Shown: positions 36,441-49,170 of the stretch, piece by piece | How the letters are laid out: the number at the start of each line of letters is the position of its first letter | How positions within the stretch are numbered: the stretch's first letter is position 1 | DNA from: Octopus sinensis | Taxonomy: Eukaryota | Length of the DNA: 64,000 nt | Assembly (NCBI RefSeq): GCF_006345805.1 | Contig: NC_042998.1 | Location: 146,072,001-146,136,000, forward strand | Reading direction: 5' to 3' | Program-made: the position numbers and the translations under genes | The notes under the pieces: model-generated | Databases searched by the model: none | Told to the model about the DNA's origin: nothing | What the model saw: only the letters and a program-made list of their open reading frames with translations

Positions 36441-37439
36441 TTAAATTATATTCATATAATGTTTTAAATACCTAACAGTCTATTAATAATTTGGTTAAAA
36501 ACATTTGGCTGTTCTGGAGCTACCTAGCACCATCCAACCAATATTTAGTATCAGGTTTTAGCAAGATTTCTACTTTCACTCTGCTTGCTGCTGTTAAGGT
36601 GATGATCTTTGTAAATTAGTTCAAATTTCTGCTACTCTTGTAATCATAAATTTTGTTTGTTTTTTTTTTTAAATCTTGATGTTTTTCTTCTTTCATTCCT
36701 CAGAATCTTGTGTGTTGATATGGCTTAGATGATTCTGTAGAATTGTTTGGCATCATCTTGCCCTTTTTCTAAATTTTCTCTGTTAATCTCAATATTTTGT
36801 TGGCTATAATTTTTAGTTTTTATCTTATGATATTTTCAATACATTCAGAAACCGTTTATATTCTGTCACTCTATCTTTCATAGCTTCACATTTTGCCACA
36901 CTAACCTGAAGGTGCATTCGATTGCCATGAAACTCTTTCATCTTTCATACTACCTCTACACTCTTTATAAATATTACTGTAGGCTGTGTTGTTTCCAACC
37001 TTAAGTACCAAATATGAAGAACATAGAAGTCTCAACATACAGTTTGGTGATTTAAACCAGTACATTAATCTTTTCAACTATGGATACAGGCCCTGAAATT
37101 CTTGGAGATGGAGGCTGGTTGATTACATTGACCCAAGTGCTCAACTAGTAATTATTTCATCAACCCTGAAAGGATGAAAGGCAAAGTTGACCTTGATGGA
37201 ATATAAACTAAGAACATAAAGCCAGGAAAAATGCGCTAAGCATTTTGACCAGTATACTGATTCCGAAAGCTTGCCACCTTAAACCAGTAAAATAATAAAA
37301 ACTATATAATCATCAGTTGTTATTTTCAGCCTGTCTCTAATCATCCTTTTTAATGTCCACTTTTCCACAATTGTATGTGTTGGGCTTGTTTCCAAGCAAG
37401 GTAATATTACCCCATAGCTGGGAGCTCCAATATGAACAT

Positions 37440-37935
37440 TTCAGAGTGTTTGGGTTTCAATCTGAGGACATGTACCAAGAGTGATGAAAATCAAACATCC
37501 AGTCAACACCTTGGTGTTTGAGGCGATCACTATTGATGGCAACATTATGCTTCCATTCATTTTCCAACATGACCTCATACTCAACACAGAAGCCTACATT
37601 AAGTGCTTGGAGGAGGTAGTATTGCCCTGGGTCAAGAGGGTGGCTGCTGGAAGACCCTATGTCTGGCAACAGGACTCTGGACCATGCCACACATGGCTGT
37701 CAGACAATTTCTGCGACCACATCATCCCTAACATCTAACCACCTAACTCCCCAGACTGCAATGTTTATTTTGCTTGTGGTGCAGTTGAACAAGGGACAAA
37801 CAAAACTCCTTGTAACACCAAAGTTGAATTGAAAGCAAGGATTATGGCGGCATTCACCAATTTAAACAAGGGGACCATCCAGGAGATTCCAAAGTCATCT
37901 GGAGGCCATGGTTGAAGCCAATGGTAATTTTGGTA
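37440..37935 (+). mobile_element. Tc1/mariner-superfamily transposase C-terminal remnant
   Basis: ORF 37481..37738 has YIKCLEEVVLPW...YVWQQDSGPCHT; the next codons read *PPNSPDCN (WPPNSPDLN motif). Confidence 0.88.
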
Positions 37936-39166
37936 AATATCTGAAATATCTGTTAAAATGAGATGTCAGCTTTATTTTCATTTTTGCATAATTTAGATGA
38001 CAGTTTATTCATCACGCACGCATGCACACACACACATATACCTACAATGGGCTTCTTTAGCTTCCAGCTATTAAATCCACTCTCAAAGCTTTGATCAGCC
38101 CAGTGTCACACAGGGGACTAAACCCAAAAACCATGTAGTTAGGAAGCAAACTTTTTAACCACACAGCCAGACCTGTACCTATTTTTGAAAGAATATTTCA
38201 AAATAAAAGTGGTTTCACAGTATCCAGCCTAAACTCAATAAATATAACCCGTACCTCACATTACAAGAATATTCCCTGCTGAATTAGATTTATTTTCTTT
38301 GAGACAAGTTTAGTCATATGGGATTGAAGAGTAAAACCATATTTTCGACATGAAGACTGTAGCACTGGAATTTGTTTGTCTTTGTGCAAAGAGTATTTAT
38401 ATTACTATTTTTATGACAAATAACCTAAGCATAAGGAAGCGAAAAAAATGTAAAGAGGATTTACATTTTTCCCCCATGGACCTCATTGGTTCATGTGGGG
38501 AAAAAGGAGCTTGCATGTGATCACAACCCATTAGAAATAGCAGTTTAATCCATCATAATCACACTTTACTATCATTAACCTTTTTGTTACTATATTTCTA
38601 ATGTACTACACAACCATTGTTTCAATTAATTTAGAAAACAGTGAAGAATTTAGTAAAATAATTATTTAGCTGATATTTGAAGTTAGCATATTTTGATGGG
38701 AAATTTTATTATAAACAAATCTTATGTCATAGAACCAGGGTATCAAAAGAATTTTTTTTAAATATATAAACAACATATATGTAGTATTAGATGCCCTTTA
38801 ATTTATAATAAACAACATGTATATAAGGTGTAGGTATGTCTCTGTGGTTAACAAATTTGCTTTGCAACCACATGGTTTCAAGTTCAATCCCACTATCTTC
38901 TACTATAACTCTGGGTAAACCATTGCTTTGTGAGCACATTTTATGAATGGAAACTGGGTGGAACTCTGCTATATTTATATAGATCTCTGTGTGTATGCAA
39001 ATGTGTGTGAAAATTGATATTTTTCTTGTTGCTGTTTGGGCAAAGTAATGCTGATGTCTGTACTTGCAAAATCCTTTAAATGAAAACTAAGTGAGGGTTA
39101 ACAAGAGAAAGTGCATCTGACTGTAAAAATGTTAACTTAAAAATCAATTCCTGCCCAATCCACATT

Positions 39167-39440
39167 AGATGACTTGACTTGACAGCATTCACCCTGGGTG
39201 GTTTGAGCTGGCTTCATTCATCTTCAATGCTGCATCTCTCACAAACTCTGACCAGGCCTGGCGATTTGAGGCTAGCAACCACGTGATCTCCAACCACTCC
39301 TTATTCCAGCGGCAAACACCGTAGATATGGGGTCCTGGGTTGGATTCCAGATCAGCCTTGATTGTCATCAGCCAGGTTTTTCGTTGTCCACCACATCGCT
39401 TTCAATGCCTTGAAGACCAAAATCCTCACAGCCGGCTTTG
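39167..39440 (-). mobile_element. 3' end of an RTE-like LINE
   Basis: Minus-strand peptides GGQRKTWLMTIKADLE and ASNRQAWSEFVRDA, followed by a (CAAGT)n tandem tail. Confidence 0.65.
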
Positions 39441-40624
39441 CCCCACCAGACAAAACACATTAGATGGGAAAACAAACATTAAGCAAAAGATATATTTTTA
39501 CTTCTCATACCTTGAATTCTTCTATGTAGTTCTATTTAAAACAGACATTGCTAACTGGATAATGGATAATAAGAAGCAAAGAAAGGATGAATTGGGCATA
39601 AGAGTTGACAATGTACATGCTTGGAAAAGGAAAGAGCATGTCTGTGGATTAGGGCTAGAGTGTGTCTGTTAGTGGCTCTTTTCTGAGTGCAGTCTGGGAT
39701 GTCTGTATGTATAGCAACAACACCGTCTTAGATGCGGGTGCAGTACTTCATTGTTGGCCTCACTTGAGCTTTGTAAAGCATCAACAACTGTTGGGGACTG
39801 AAATATCTTCTAGCCCTGAAGAGAAGACTTGGTCTTTGGGATGCAGTTTTGTGTTATGGTTATGCTTCTACTAAAAGAAATCCTTGGTAATGGCAAGACC
39901 TGGCCTTTGGAGTAACTGTGAGGGTTCCAGCTGAGTGCCACATGTGTTAGCAGCTTATTCGTCATCATCATTTGACATTGGTTTTCCATGCTGGACTGGG
40001 TTGAACAGTTCAACAGAAACTGGTGTGCCAGAGAACTGCAGGAACGTCCAACATCTACTTTAACACGGTTTCTGCATTTAGATGTCCCTCCTAATAACAA
40101 CCACTTTACAGAGTGTACTGAGTGTTTTTTACGTGGCTTCTGCACGTATGTGTGTGTATTATATATACACACACACACGCACAAATGCAAAAACCAGTCA
40201 GCTGAAGGCAGTATGATGATGATGTCCTGAAGTGTCTGGATAGCTTTCTATTTTGGGAGCAATGTGAGTTTGTTCATTTGAACTGTTCATCTAAGATTAT
40301 TTGCCAAAATCTAAGTGGTGGCTATGGTAATTAAATAGGATTTGCTTAATAGTCAGCACAAAAGTCTTTTGTTTGGTATTGATTTTTTTCCAGATTAATT
40401 CATTTTTGTTTACCTGTTGAGGCTAATATTAATTGGTTTTGGTCTTTAGGCACCTAAAGAATTAATTATTGAGAAACAAATATTCACATTGTTACCCTGC
40501 TTCCCCTTGCAAATTTAGTGTCTTGACCAACCTGGGAAATTTCATTCCAGCTATAGATACCTCTGATAGCTGAAAGAGTTACTATATTTTTTTTCTCCAC
40601 ACTCAAAGCTCTGGTCCACAAGCA

Positions 40625-40660
<36 letters not shown>

Positions 40661-40669
40661 TTCTCTCTT

Positions 40670-40704
<35 letters not shown>
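40625..40704. repeat. (CT)n / (CTTT) microsatellite
   Basis: Read directly. Confidence 0.95.
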
Positions 40705-40709
<5 letters not shown>

Positions 40710-40784
40710 TCTTGGTTTAGACATTGAAGCTTTTCCCAATGTCTTAAAGTATATCAACAAGAAATTAGAATATAGTCTATTTAT

Positions 40785-41630
40785 CTTTTATCTTGTGCTT
40801 GTTTCAGTCATTGGACTGCAGCCCTGATGGGGTGTCACCTTAAAGGATTTAGTTGAACAAATTGACCCCAGTACTTATTCTATTAGTCACTTTTGCAAAA
40901 CCTGTAAGTTAAGAGACGTAAACAAACTAACATCAGTTGTCAAGCAGTGGAGGGAGATGCACATGATGAGCTTCTTTCAGTTTCCTTCTACCAAATCCAT
41001 TCATCCTTATGAGTAGAAGACACTTGCCTATTGTATCACACATTGGGACTGAACCTGGAACCATATGGTTGGGAAGCTAACTTACCACACATCCACACCT
41101 GTCCCTAATTTGCACAAAAATGGAAATATATCTTTATAGTTGTTTTGCTTCTTTGTGTATCCATTAAATGTAAATATAGGCATGGGTGTGGCTGTATGGT
41201 AAGAAGTTTACTTCCCAACCTTGTAGTTTTGGGATTCAGTCCTACTGCATGGTACCTTGGACAAGTGTCTTCCACTATAGCCCCAAACCAACAAAAGCCT
41301 TGTGAGCATATTTGCTAGATGGAAACTGAAATGAGCCTGTTGTGTGTGTGTGCACACGTGTGCGCTCTTACATGGATGTTTGTATGAGCTGGTGTCTCTT
41401 TGTTTTAACATCATGTGATTTTTATAAATGAGTGTCACTGGAATAAAAGTGGTATCCTTAGTTTTGAAGCATCTGTTAAAACCTGACCAACCATGGAAAA
41501 AATATTACTTTACTTGGAAGCAGGTGGCGAGGTTGATGACAGGAAGGATATCCAGCTGTAGAAAATCTGCCTCACGAAATTCCATGCATGTAGGGAGAAG
41601 TGAATGTTAAAGCTATGATGATGATGCATC
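40785..41630. mobile_element. Two related SINE copies head-to-head (minus about 40785-41100, plus about 41178-41630)
   Basis: Shared head sequence in opposite orientations; the plus copy ends in a (GAT)n tail. Confidence 0.75.
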
Positions 41631-41998
41631 CATTGGAAGCAATTTTATTGAGTTTCCTGCCAATAATATCATAAACTAAAACTGTGAGTCACATCAGTTA
41701 ATTGTTCAAGGAAGGAGATAAGAGAATACTGAATAATTATTAGAGAAAGAGACAACACTTGAGTAGAGTTAGAAATTAATTTGGGTTTAAACAGCACGTC
41801 ATGAAACCTGTATGGTATTAGCTGTGCAGCTTCAAATCTCTCTCTCTATCTCTATCTCTCACGCAGCATGGCCTAAGCTGATATGTCTGACTTTCAAGTT
41901 AATAAAAACCATGTCTAATTTGACAATGGGAATTTTTTTTAGTTTGGAAGACAACTAATTTTACCCCCTCCTTTTGCATTAAACTCCACAGTCTGGAG

Positions 41999-44290
41999 CA
42001 GTGGTTCTTAACCTTTTTACTACGACACCTCCCCAAGGAATTTGTCCTTCTCTCCACGACCCCCTTGCATCAATGAATAAAATTCCCTCCTAGATTTTAA
42101 ATAAAATCTAAAATATGTTTTTAGTCTTTTTATTGAATATGAATTAGTTACATTATACAAAATATGTATAATTTTATATATAATCACATCATACAAAAAG
42201 TGAGATACTTGACACTTCCTCTTAGCTACAAGATCTTGAATGCCAGAGAGTGCACTACATAAGTATCTTTCAATGTTCAGCCTATTTCTGTACTTGGTCT
42301 TGACAGCAACAAGCATGAAATATGCAGCTTCACAAAGGTACTTGGATCCAAGCATAGCTAAAATCCAAAGAGCCTGATGTGAGATCAGAGGGTAAGCAGG
42401 AAGATACTTGATCCAGTTCTTTTAAGTCATCCTCAGGGGGGGGGGACTTCAACTCAAGAAACTCCTCTTGCACTTCATCCAAAACATCAGTTACTTCACA
42501 TCGAAATGGGTTCCTCATGAATTTCCAAGTTTCATGCTTTTCATCTATATCTAGGAAATATCTGATGAATTCTGTTTTCAAGTCACTTAGATGACTAATT
42601 ATTTGTTTCTTTAATTCAGAATCAGGGTTATCATGAATGAGAGCAGAATCCCAGTAACTAAAACTGGTTGTATTTCCCTGCTGAATTTGATATTTCAAGA
42701 GATCAAGTTTGGCCATGAAGGTTCGAATGGTGTAGTGGTGCATGAGAATGTTGATGCTTTTCTCTTGTAGTTTAAGGTCGAGAGAACACTGAGCGATGTC
42801 AGTCATTTTGTCACACTGGATGGCAAAAACAGGAGAATCTTTTACTTGGTTGGGTATTTGATCTTTGATGTCTTGAGATAAGTCGTTGATCCTTCCCTTG
42901 ACTGTATTGTTTGATAGTGAAATCTGGGAAAGCTTGTTTTATCTTTCTCCGGAACAAGTTCTGCTGCATGGAGTAGACTTGGTTTTATGAGAGACTCTGA
43001 TGTTATGGCTCTTCTTGCTCTTTGCAATCAACATGGCGATCTTGTAGGAAGCCTCAACAACCATTGAAGTTTGTTGCCAAAATGCTCCACTACTGTCCAA
43101 CATAGCTTGCTTCAAAGAATGCTTTAGGCTTGTCTGTAAGAGCAGGATGTGTTGTCCTCAAGTGGTATTCCAAGCGTGATGGTCACATTCCATCATTGCT
43201 CAAAGTTTTGTAACATATTACACACTGGGGGACTTCTGTGTCACCCTTTTGGAAGGACATGAATCCAAAGATAATTCTATTTCTGTCAAGATAATTCTGT
43301 TTCTTTGCATTCGTTGCAAATTATTTGATGTGCAGTGGACAGCACAAATATGTGAAAAAAAGATAAGGCACATGTAAGGTATTGTCAAGGCCCAAGTTAG
43401 AACGCTTATGTAAAATGCTCTGAAAAAAAATTAAAACAAAATAAAAATGGAATAAAAAGTTAAATTAAAAGAAAAGTTATATGAAAAGTTTGTACTATAA
43501 AATATTGTATTTATTTGTACAAAAATATAAAAAACGATTTTGCATAGCTTTTAGTTTTACCTGGTACTTTCTGTAATATATAAATCTGAATTTTAGTTTA
43601 ACATTTGGGTTTATATAATTTTTTTTGCTTATAAAAATATTTACTATATTTTTAACAGAAACATTTAATATTAAAAAAAAATTTTTATTTTTCCAATCTG
43701 TGCTTTAATTTTTTGAGACTATTAAATTAAGCGATAGTAGAACCTATTACATACTTGTTTTATTTCCTATTTTTGAATATATCATACTTTTCATTTTGCT
43801 AAAATTTTAAAATAGTTTTCAATTTTTTAAATTAAGTTAATATTTCTTAGTATGTTACTACAATGATTTAATAATGTTTTGGCATGTCTCTTGATTTTTA
43901 AGAATCACATTATTTCATATATATGAAAACTGTGGCTCAAACTTGTTCATAATCTAATAACTGAAAAAGACATATGTTTTTACACAATAATAATATCTAA
44001 GCTTTATACCAGGGTTTCTTAACCTGAGTCATGTAACAAAAAAATTACAAAATAAAAGCAAATGTTAAAGCTACAATTCAGAATTAGTGAGGGTTATGAA
44101 GCAGGGTCAATAGGTACAGAAAATGGTAAGCAGCAGTAAGATAGAATAAGAACTAAAAGTATAAGGCAATACTTTTGCATTTTTTTCATAAACTTCTCAT
44201 TATTTGACCATGCTATCATTAAGAGAATAACAAATATAATAGAGAAATTACTGAGGCTCCCCCCCCCCCCGCTTTCCCAGATAACCACTG
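41999..44290 (-). mobile_element. hAT (Charlie/Buster-like) DNA transposon with pseudogenised transposase
   Basis: TIR CAGTGGTT / AACCACTG; TSD gtctggag / gtct--ag; broken minus-strand ORFs (YLCEAAY...VKTKYRNRLNIE dimerisation motif, LKLQ, MRNPF, TSESLIKP). Confidence 0.9.
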
Positions 44291-46805
44291 GTCTAGTCAT
44301 GAAATTGCCTATAACTTGATACAGTTTACATAATTAGCAATCATCACTCTTTTAACATCCACTTTGTTGTGTTTGCATGGGCCAAATAAAATTCATAGAG
44401 GCAGATAGATTTTCTACTGTCAAATGCTCTTCTTGTCACCAACCCTCACCTACTTGAACACAAGGTAATATTTTCCCCAGTCATTCAAACATGAATAGCA
44501 CAATGGCCAGATGTTTACAGAGATGTTTACCAACAGATGTTGCTATTTGTATGATGATGGCTAGTACACAATATTAGGACAAGGACACACACACACATGT
44601 ACATTCATAGGACAAGGACACACACACACACACACATGTACATTCATATATATATATATATATATGGTAGGCTTCTTTCAATTTCCTTCTACCAAATTCA
44701 CTTACAAGGCTTTGGCTAGTCCCTGTAATGGCATCCAAGGTGCTGCACTGTTAGACTGAACTTGAAACCATGTAATTGCAAAGTAAACCTAACTACATAG
44801 CCATACCTATATCTAGCCTTGCTTGGAATAGAAATTTTGAAATATCCTGCTTGAAATTGCAAATTGATAAAGCTGAGAGGTGGTACCCCTTCAGTGGGAA
44901 GGAATGCACACCGGAAAACAATTTCAATATCTTTTCTTTTACTTGTTTCAGTCATTAGACTGTAGCTATGCTAAGGTACTGCCTTGAAAAAGTTTAGTTG
45001 TATGACTCGACCCAGTACTTTTATTATTTTTTTCTTTTCAAGCCTGGTACTTATTTTATCAGCCTATTTTTGCCAAAGCACTAAGTTATGAGGGCACAAA
45101 CACAACACCAGTTGTCAAATGTGGGGAACAACACACACACACACATACATACATACATATGTGTGTGTGTGTGTGTGTATATACACACACACACACACAA
45201 CAAGCTTTTAGTTTTTGTCTACAAAATCCACTCAAGGTTTTCATCAGCCCAAGGCTACAGTAGAAGATACTTGCCCATGTTAATAGAAGCCATGTCTAAT
45301 TTGGCAATTTTTTCAGTTTGGAAAACAACTAATTTTATCCTCTTATCCCCTCCTTTTGCATTAAACTTCAGTCTGGAGTCATAAAATGGCCTGTAACTTG
45401 ATACAGTTTACAAAATTAGCAACCATCATCAACACTCTTTTAACCTCCATTTTGTTGTGTTTGCATGGGCCAGGTAAAATTAATAGAAGCAGATTTTCTA
45501 CTGTCAGATGCTCTTGTCAGTGACACTGAACCTAGAACCACATGGTTGGGAAGCAAACTTCTTACCACGTAAATATGGTGCATTCCAAAATTCTGAGGCT
45601 GCTGTGAAAGAAGCTCAAAGACCTTTATCTGTGTTAATGTTAGATAAACTCTAAATGTAAAAAGCAAGGTGTTCATAAAAAAAAAGAAAAAACATTTGAA
45701 TCATGAGGAGTGAAAACAAGTTTAAGTAACTGCTGGAGAAAACTCAACCTGACTAAGATTTATTGTATGTGCAACATCAATTCCAAATATACAAAGTGAA
45801 TGTAATTGATCTGAAAAACTGACTGGTTAACAGGCTCATTGATTAGCGTATGACTATGTGATTGATGAGAATTTGTACTGGATGAAGAAATAGATTACAT
45901 ACAGATGAAGAGAGGACAAAGATAGATAGATGGATGATATCTAATGGTAAATCTTTATAGATGAAGGGACACAAGGCAGTGATGGACAGGGAAATACATT
46001 TATGCAAACCTGACTACACCAAACAAACCAGGTGGAGTGATGAATAGTAATTTTGTTGACACTTGATTATGTGAAGTACACTGGTTTAAGCTAGATATTC
46101 ATGAAGTATAGATATATTTTGTATTTTGAGTTGACCAAATAACATTAAAAAATTATTCATATTTTGGTTGTGAACTTTCATCCCTAATATATTTAATCAA
46201 AATCACCAAACTGGAAACAATTTTGTTACCATGTTTCTGGTAAAATACACTGCCTTTGTTTCAACTGATTTTGAAAATAATGAAAAATTTATTGCAATAA
46301 CTCTGGAATAAATCAAACATGAAATTTTGGTGGATAAATTTAATTTGCATCAGAGAACTCAAAACAGAAAATTTGTATCCTAGAACTAGGGACAATGTCA
46401 GATGGGTTGATACCAATAAGTTTGACATTCATTTTTATATACTTAGGGGATTTTTCAAGTTTAATAAATAACAACAGAAGTGGGTTTCTAGAAACTTTCT
46501 TCACTAATCTCAGCATAATTCTAATCAAACATTAACAATAACTTCTTTAGCTATATTTTATTAATGAGATAATCTTTATCATCTATTTTATTCCCATGCT
46601 GGAACTGGTTTATCTTATGGCAGTACTCTTACTGGATACCCTTCTTGTTTGTTTCCTGTCCATGTCTGATTTTCAAAGCAAGGTATTTTTATTCTGCTGG
46701 TTTTTACACATCAAAACTGCAGTGAAGGAAGGTCAACTGTCAATACTGGAAAACAAAATAGATCTATAAGATGAAATGCATTTATGTTAAAAGAATTTTC
46801 CTTTA

Positions 46806-47160
46806 TTCTTTTACTTGTTTCAGCTATTTGACTGCAGCCATGCTGGAGCACCGCCTTTAGTTAAGCAAATCGACCCCAGGACTTATTCTTTGTAAGTCTA
46901 GTACTTATTCTATTGGTCACTCTTACGGGGACGTAAACACACCAGCATCAGTTGTCTAGCAATGTTGGAAGGACAGGAAATGCATACATACATATATATA
47001 TAACAGGAATCTTTCAGTTTCCGTCTACCAAATCTACTCACAAGGCTTTGGTTGGCCCAAGGCTATAATAGAAGACACTTGCCCAAGGTGCCACGCAGTA
47101 GAACTGAACCCAAAATTATGTGGTTGGTAAGCAAGCTACTTACCTCAGCCACTTCTGTGC
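46806..47160 (-). mobile_element. SINE, same family as 61605-62002
   Basis: Reverse complement matches both head and tail. Confidence 0.85.
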
Positions 47161-47483
47161 CTTTATGTGCATTTATAAAGCAATGAAAAATTACTTAGTA
47201 CTGTCTATAAATTTATTTACACACACACACTTCAATACATTTTTGATACAATGCATATTCTTACTGAACACTATCATCGTAAATACCATTATCCTATCTA
47301 CATTTATGTGTAGTGAAAAATTGAGCCCATCTTATTATAACATGCAGTTATATAATCAAATATTGTTACATACAAAATGAAAGTAAAGCAAAGCAAGCTG
47401 ATATATAGATAGATATTTATTTAATAGCAATGTAATCTTAATATAATGTTAAAGCAATGACCAAACCTACACAAATGTGCCCC

Positions 47484-48148
47484 ACCAACTTTGTTTCTTC
47501 ATAACCTTCAGAAAAATTAATACTTTTTTATGAAATTTTCTGCAAAAGCATTTCATATGGTGTAGATTCTGATTACATCAGAACTTGGTGTGAAAAAATG
47601 TTTTTGGGTGTTGGGTTTGGTCAGAAAATTCAACCAAGTTGATTTTGCTTCCTGATAACTTTCAGGAAAATGAGTATTTTTAAATGAAATTTTCTACAAG
47701 TACCTTTCAAAGTGTGTAATTCACAATTGTATTGCAATTTGATAAAAGAAAAATGGTGAGCATGCACATGTACATATGGACATGCATCACAATATTTTTG
47801 GAAATTTCAAGTTTCATTTTGTAGATATGTAATGTGTGTCAGTATGTATGTGTGCTAGCCCACTATTTTTTTTTTTTTTTTTTTTTTTTCATATTAGATT
47901 CTGATAAAATCATAATTTACACACTGAAAGAAGGCATTTGTAGAAAATTTCACAAAAAAAAGGCCCTTTTTTCTGAAAGTTATTCAATAACAAAAAGTGG
48001 CTTGTGTAAACTTTCCAAAACTCCTACCCACGAATGGAAATTTTTCACAAATTCCAATGTAATGAGAATCTACACCATCTAAAGCATATTTTGTAGAAAA
48101 TGTCATTAAAAAGTATCCATTTTTCTGGAAGTTGTGAAGAAAGTTGGT
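47484..48148. mobile_element. Foldback/MITE-like element with long diverged inverted arms and internal subrepeats
   Basis: 47484-47620 pairs with 48035-48148 (e.g. atggtgtagattct / agaatctacaccat); second-tier repeats at 47655-47722 and 47913-47983. Confidence 0.7.
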
Positions 48149-48802
48149 ATGCCTAATAATGAAATACTAATTCTTAGTAGAACACTGACAAAGCATGCAG
48201 TAGTTCAGAATATAAAGATTAAAGCAAGCAGCCAGAAGATGAAGTATTGCAAAGCAATTGTTAACAAAACATGCGTTTAATATTAAAAAAAAAAGAATGA
48301 AGAATATTAACTGAAGAGCATGAAACCTAAGCTGTAATAGTTGTAGAGATATTCCAAAACAGAATGTTTGCGAAGTAGAAATTCAAACAACATGTTACTT
48401 GTGTTCACACATGCACATAAACTGTAATCCAGTCATGAACACTTGCTCCAGCTGGGTCCAGGGGTTACTGTGTGTCATTGTACAAGCATTACCAAAAGTT
48501 TGTAATGAACGTTTTTTTTTTTTTTTTATCTTGTTTTAGTCATGTTGGCTATGTTGGGACACCACCTTGAAGAATTTTTAATTGAATGAATTGGGGCCCC
48601 AGTACTTTTTTTTTCAAGCCTGGCATTTATTCTGTCAATCACTAAGTTATAGACATAATAAACAAACCAACACCAGTTGTCAAGCAGTGGTGGGGACAAA
48701 CACACGCACACACACACATATATAATTGTTAAAGAGGACAACAAACATTAAGGCAAGACAAACATCTCAAGTCATATATATTATTATTATTGGGAAAATA
48801 CA

Positions 48803-48858
48803 GTTTTACAGCTGTTTCTGGGATATCCCAGAGTATGGCATATTCCATCATCGGAGAC
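48803..48858 (-). ncRNA. Variant hammerhead motif (CCGATGA core), probably impaired
   Basis: Minus strand gtct-CCGATGA-tggaatatgccatactctgggatatccca-GAAA-cagctg-TA-aaac. Confidence 0.5.
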
Positions 48859-49114
48859 AAATAAGGAAAATGAGCAGGGTATAGATTAATGAAATGACGA
48901 CATAGAGGGCAAGAGAAAAGGAATGAGGAAATGAAAGAGAAGAGAGAAGCATAAAAGTTCAGTTCAACTTTCCAATTGTGTAAAAGTCCATAAATCCTTA
49001 GGTGTAATTCTGTGTAAATCCATGAACTGTGAACTTTTATGTTTCTCTCTTCTTTCTTTTCTCCTGCCCTCTATGTTGTCATTTCATTAATCTATACCCT
49101 TATTTTTCCTATTT

Positions 49115-49170
49115 GTTTCTGATGATGGAATATCTCATACTCTGGGATATCCCAGAAACAGCTGTAAGAC
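49115..49170 (+). ncRNA. Type I hammerhead ribozyme motif (minimal, Penelope/retrozyme type)
   Basis: gttt-CTGATGA-tggaatatctc(atactct)gggatatccca-GAAA-cagctg-TA-agac: complete core, stem II pairs at 10 of 11 positions, palindromic stem III, 4-bp stem I. Confidence 0.7.

Noticed and set aside
40551-40760. ORFs with ERERER runs (also 55053..55280)
   Set aside because: Produced by (CT)n microsatellites.
44575-44650. Short tandem duplication ggacaaggac(ac)n atgtacattcata
   Set aside because: Slippage-type duplication inside a SINE microsatellite; ordinary.
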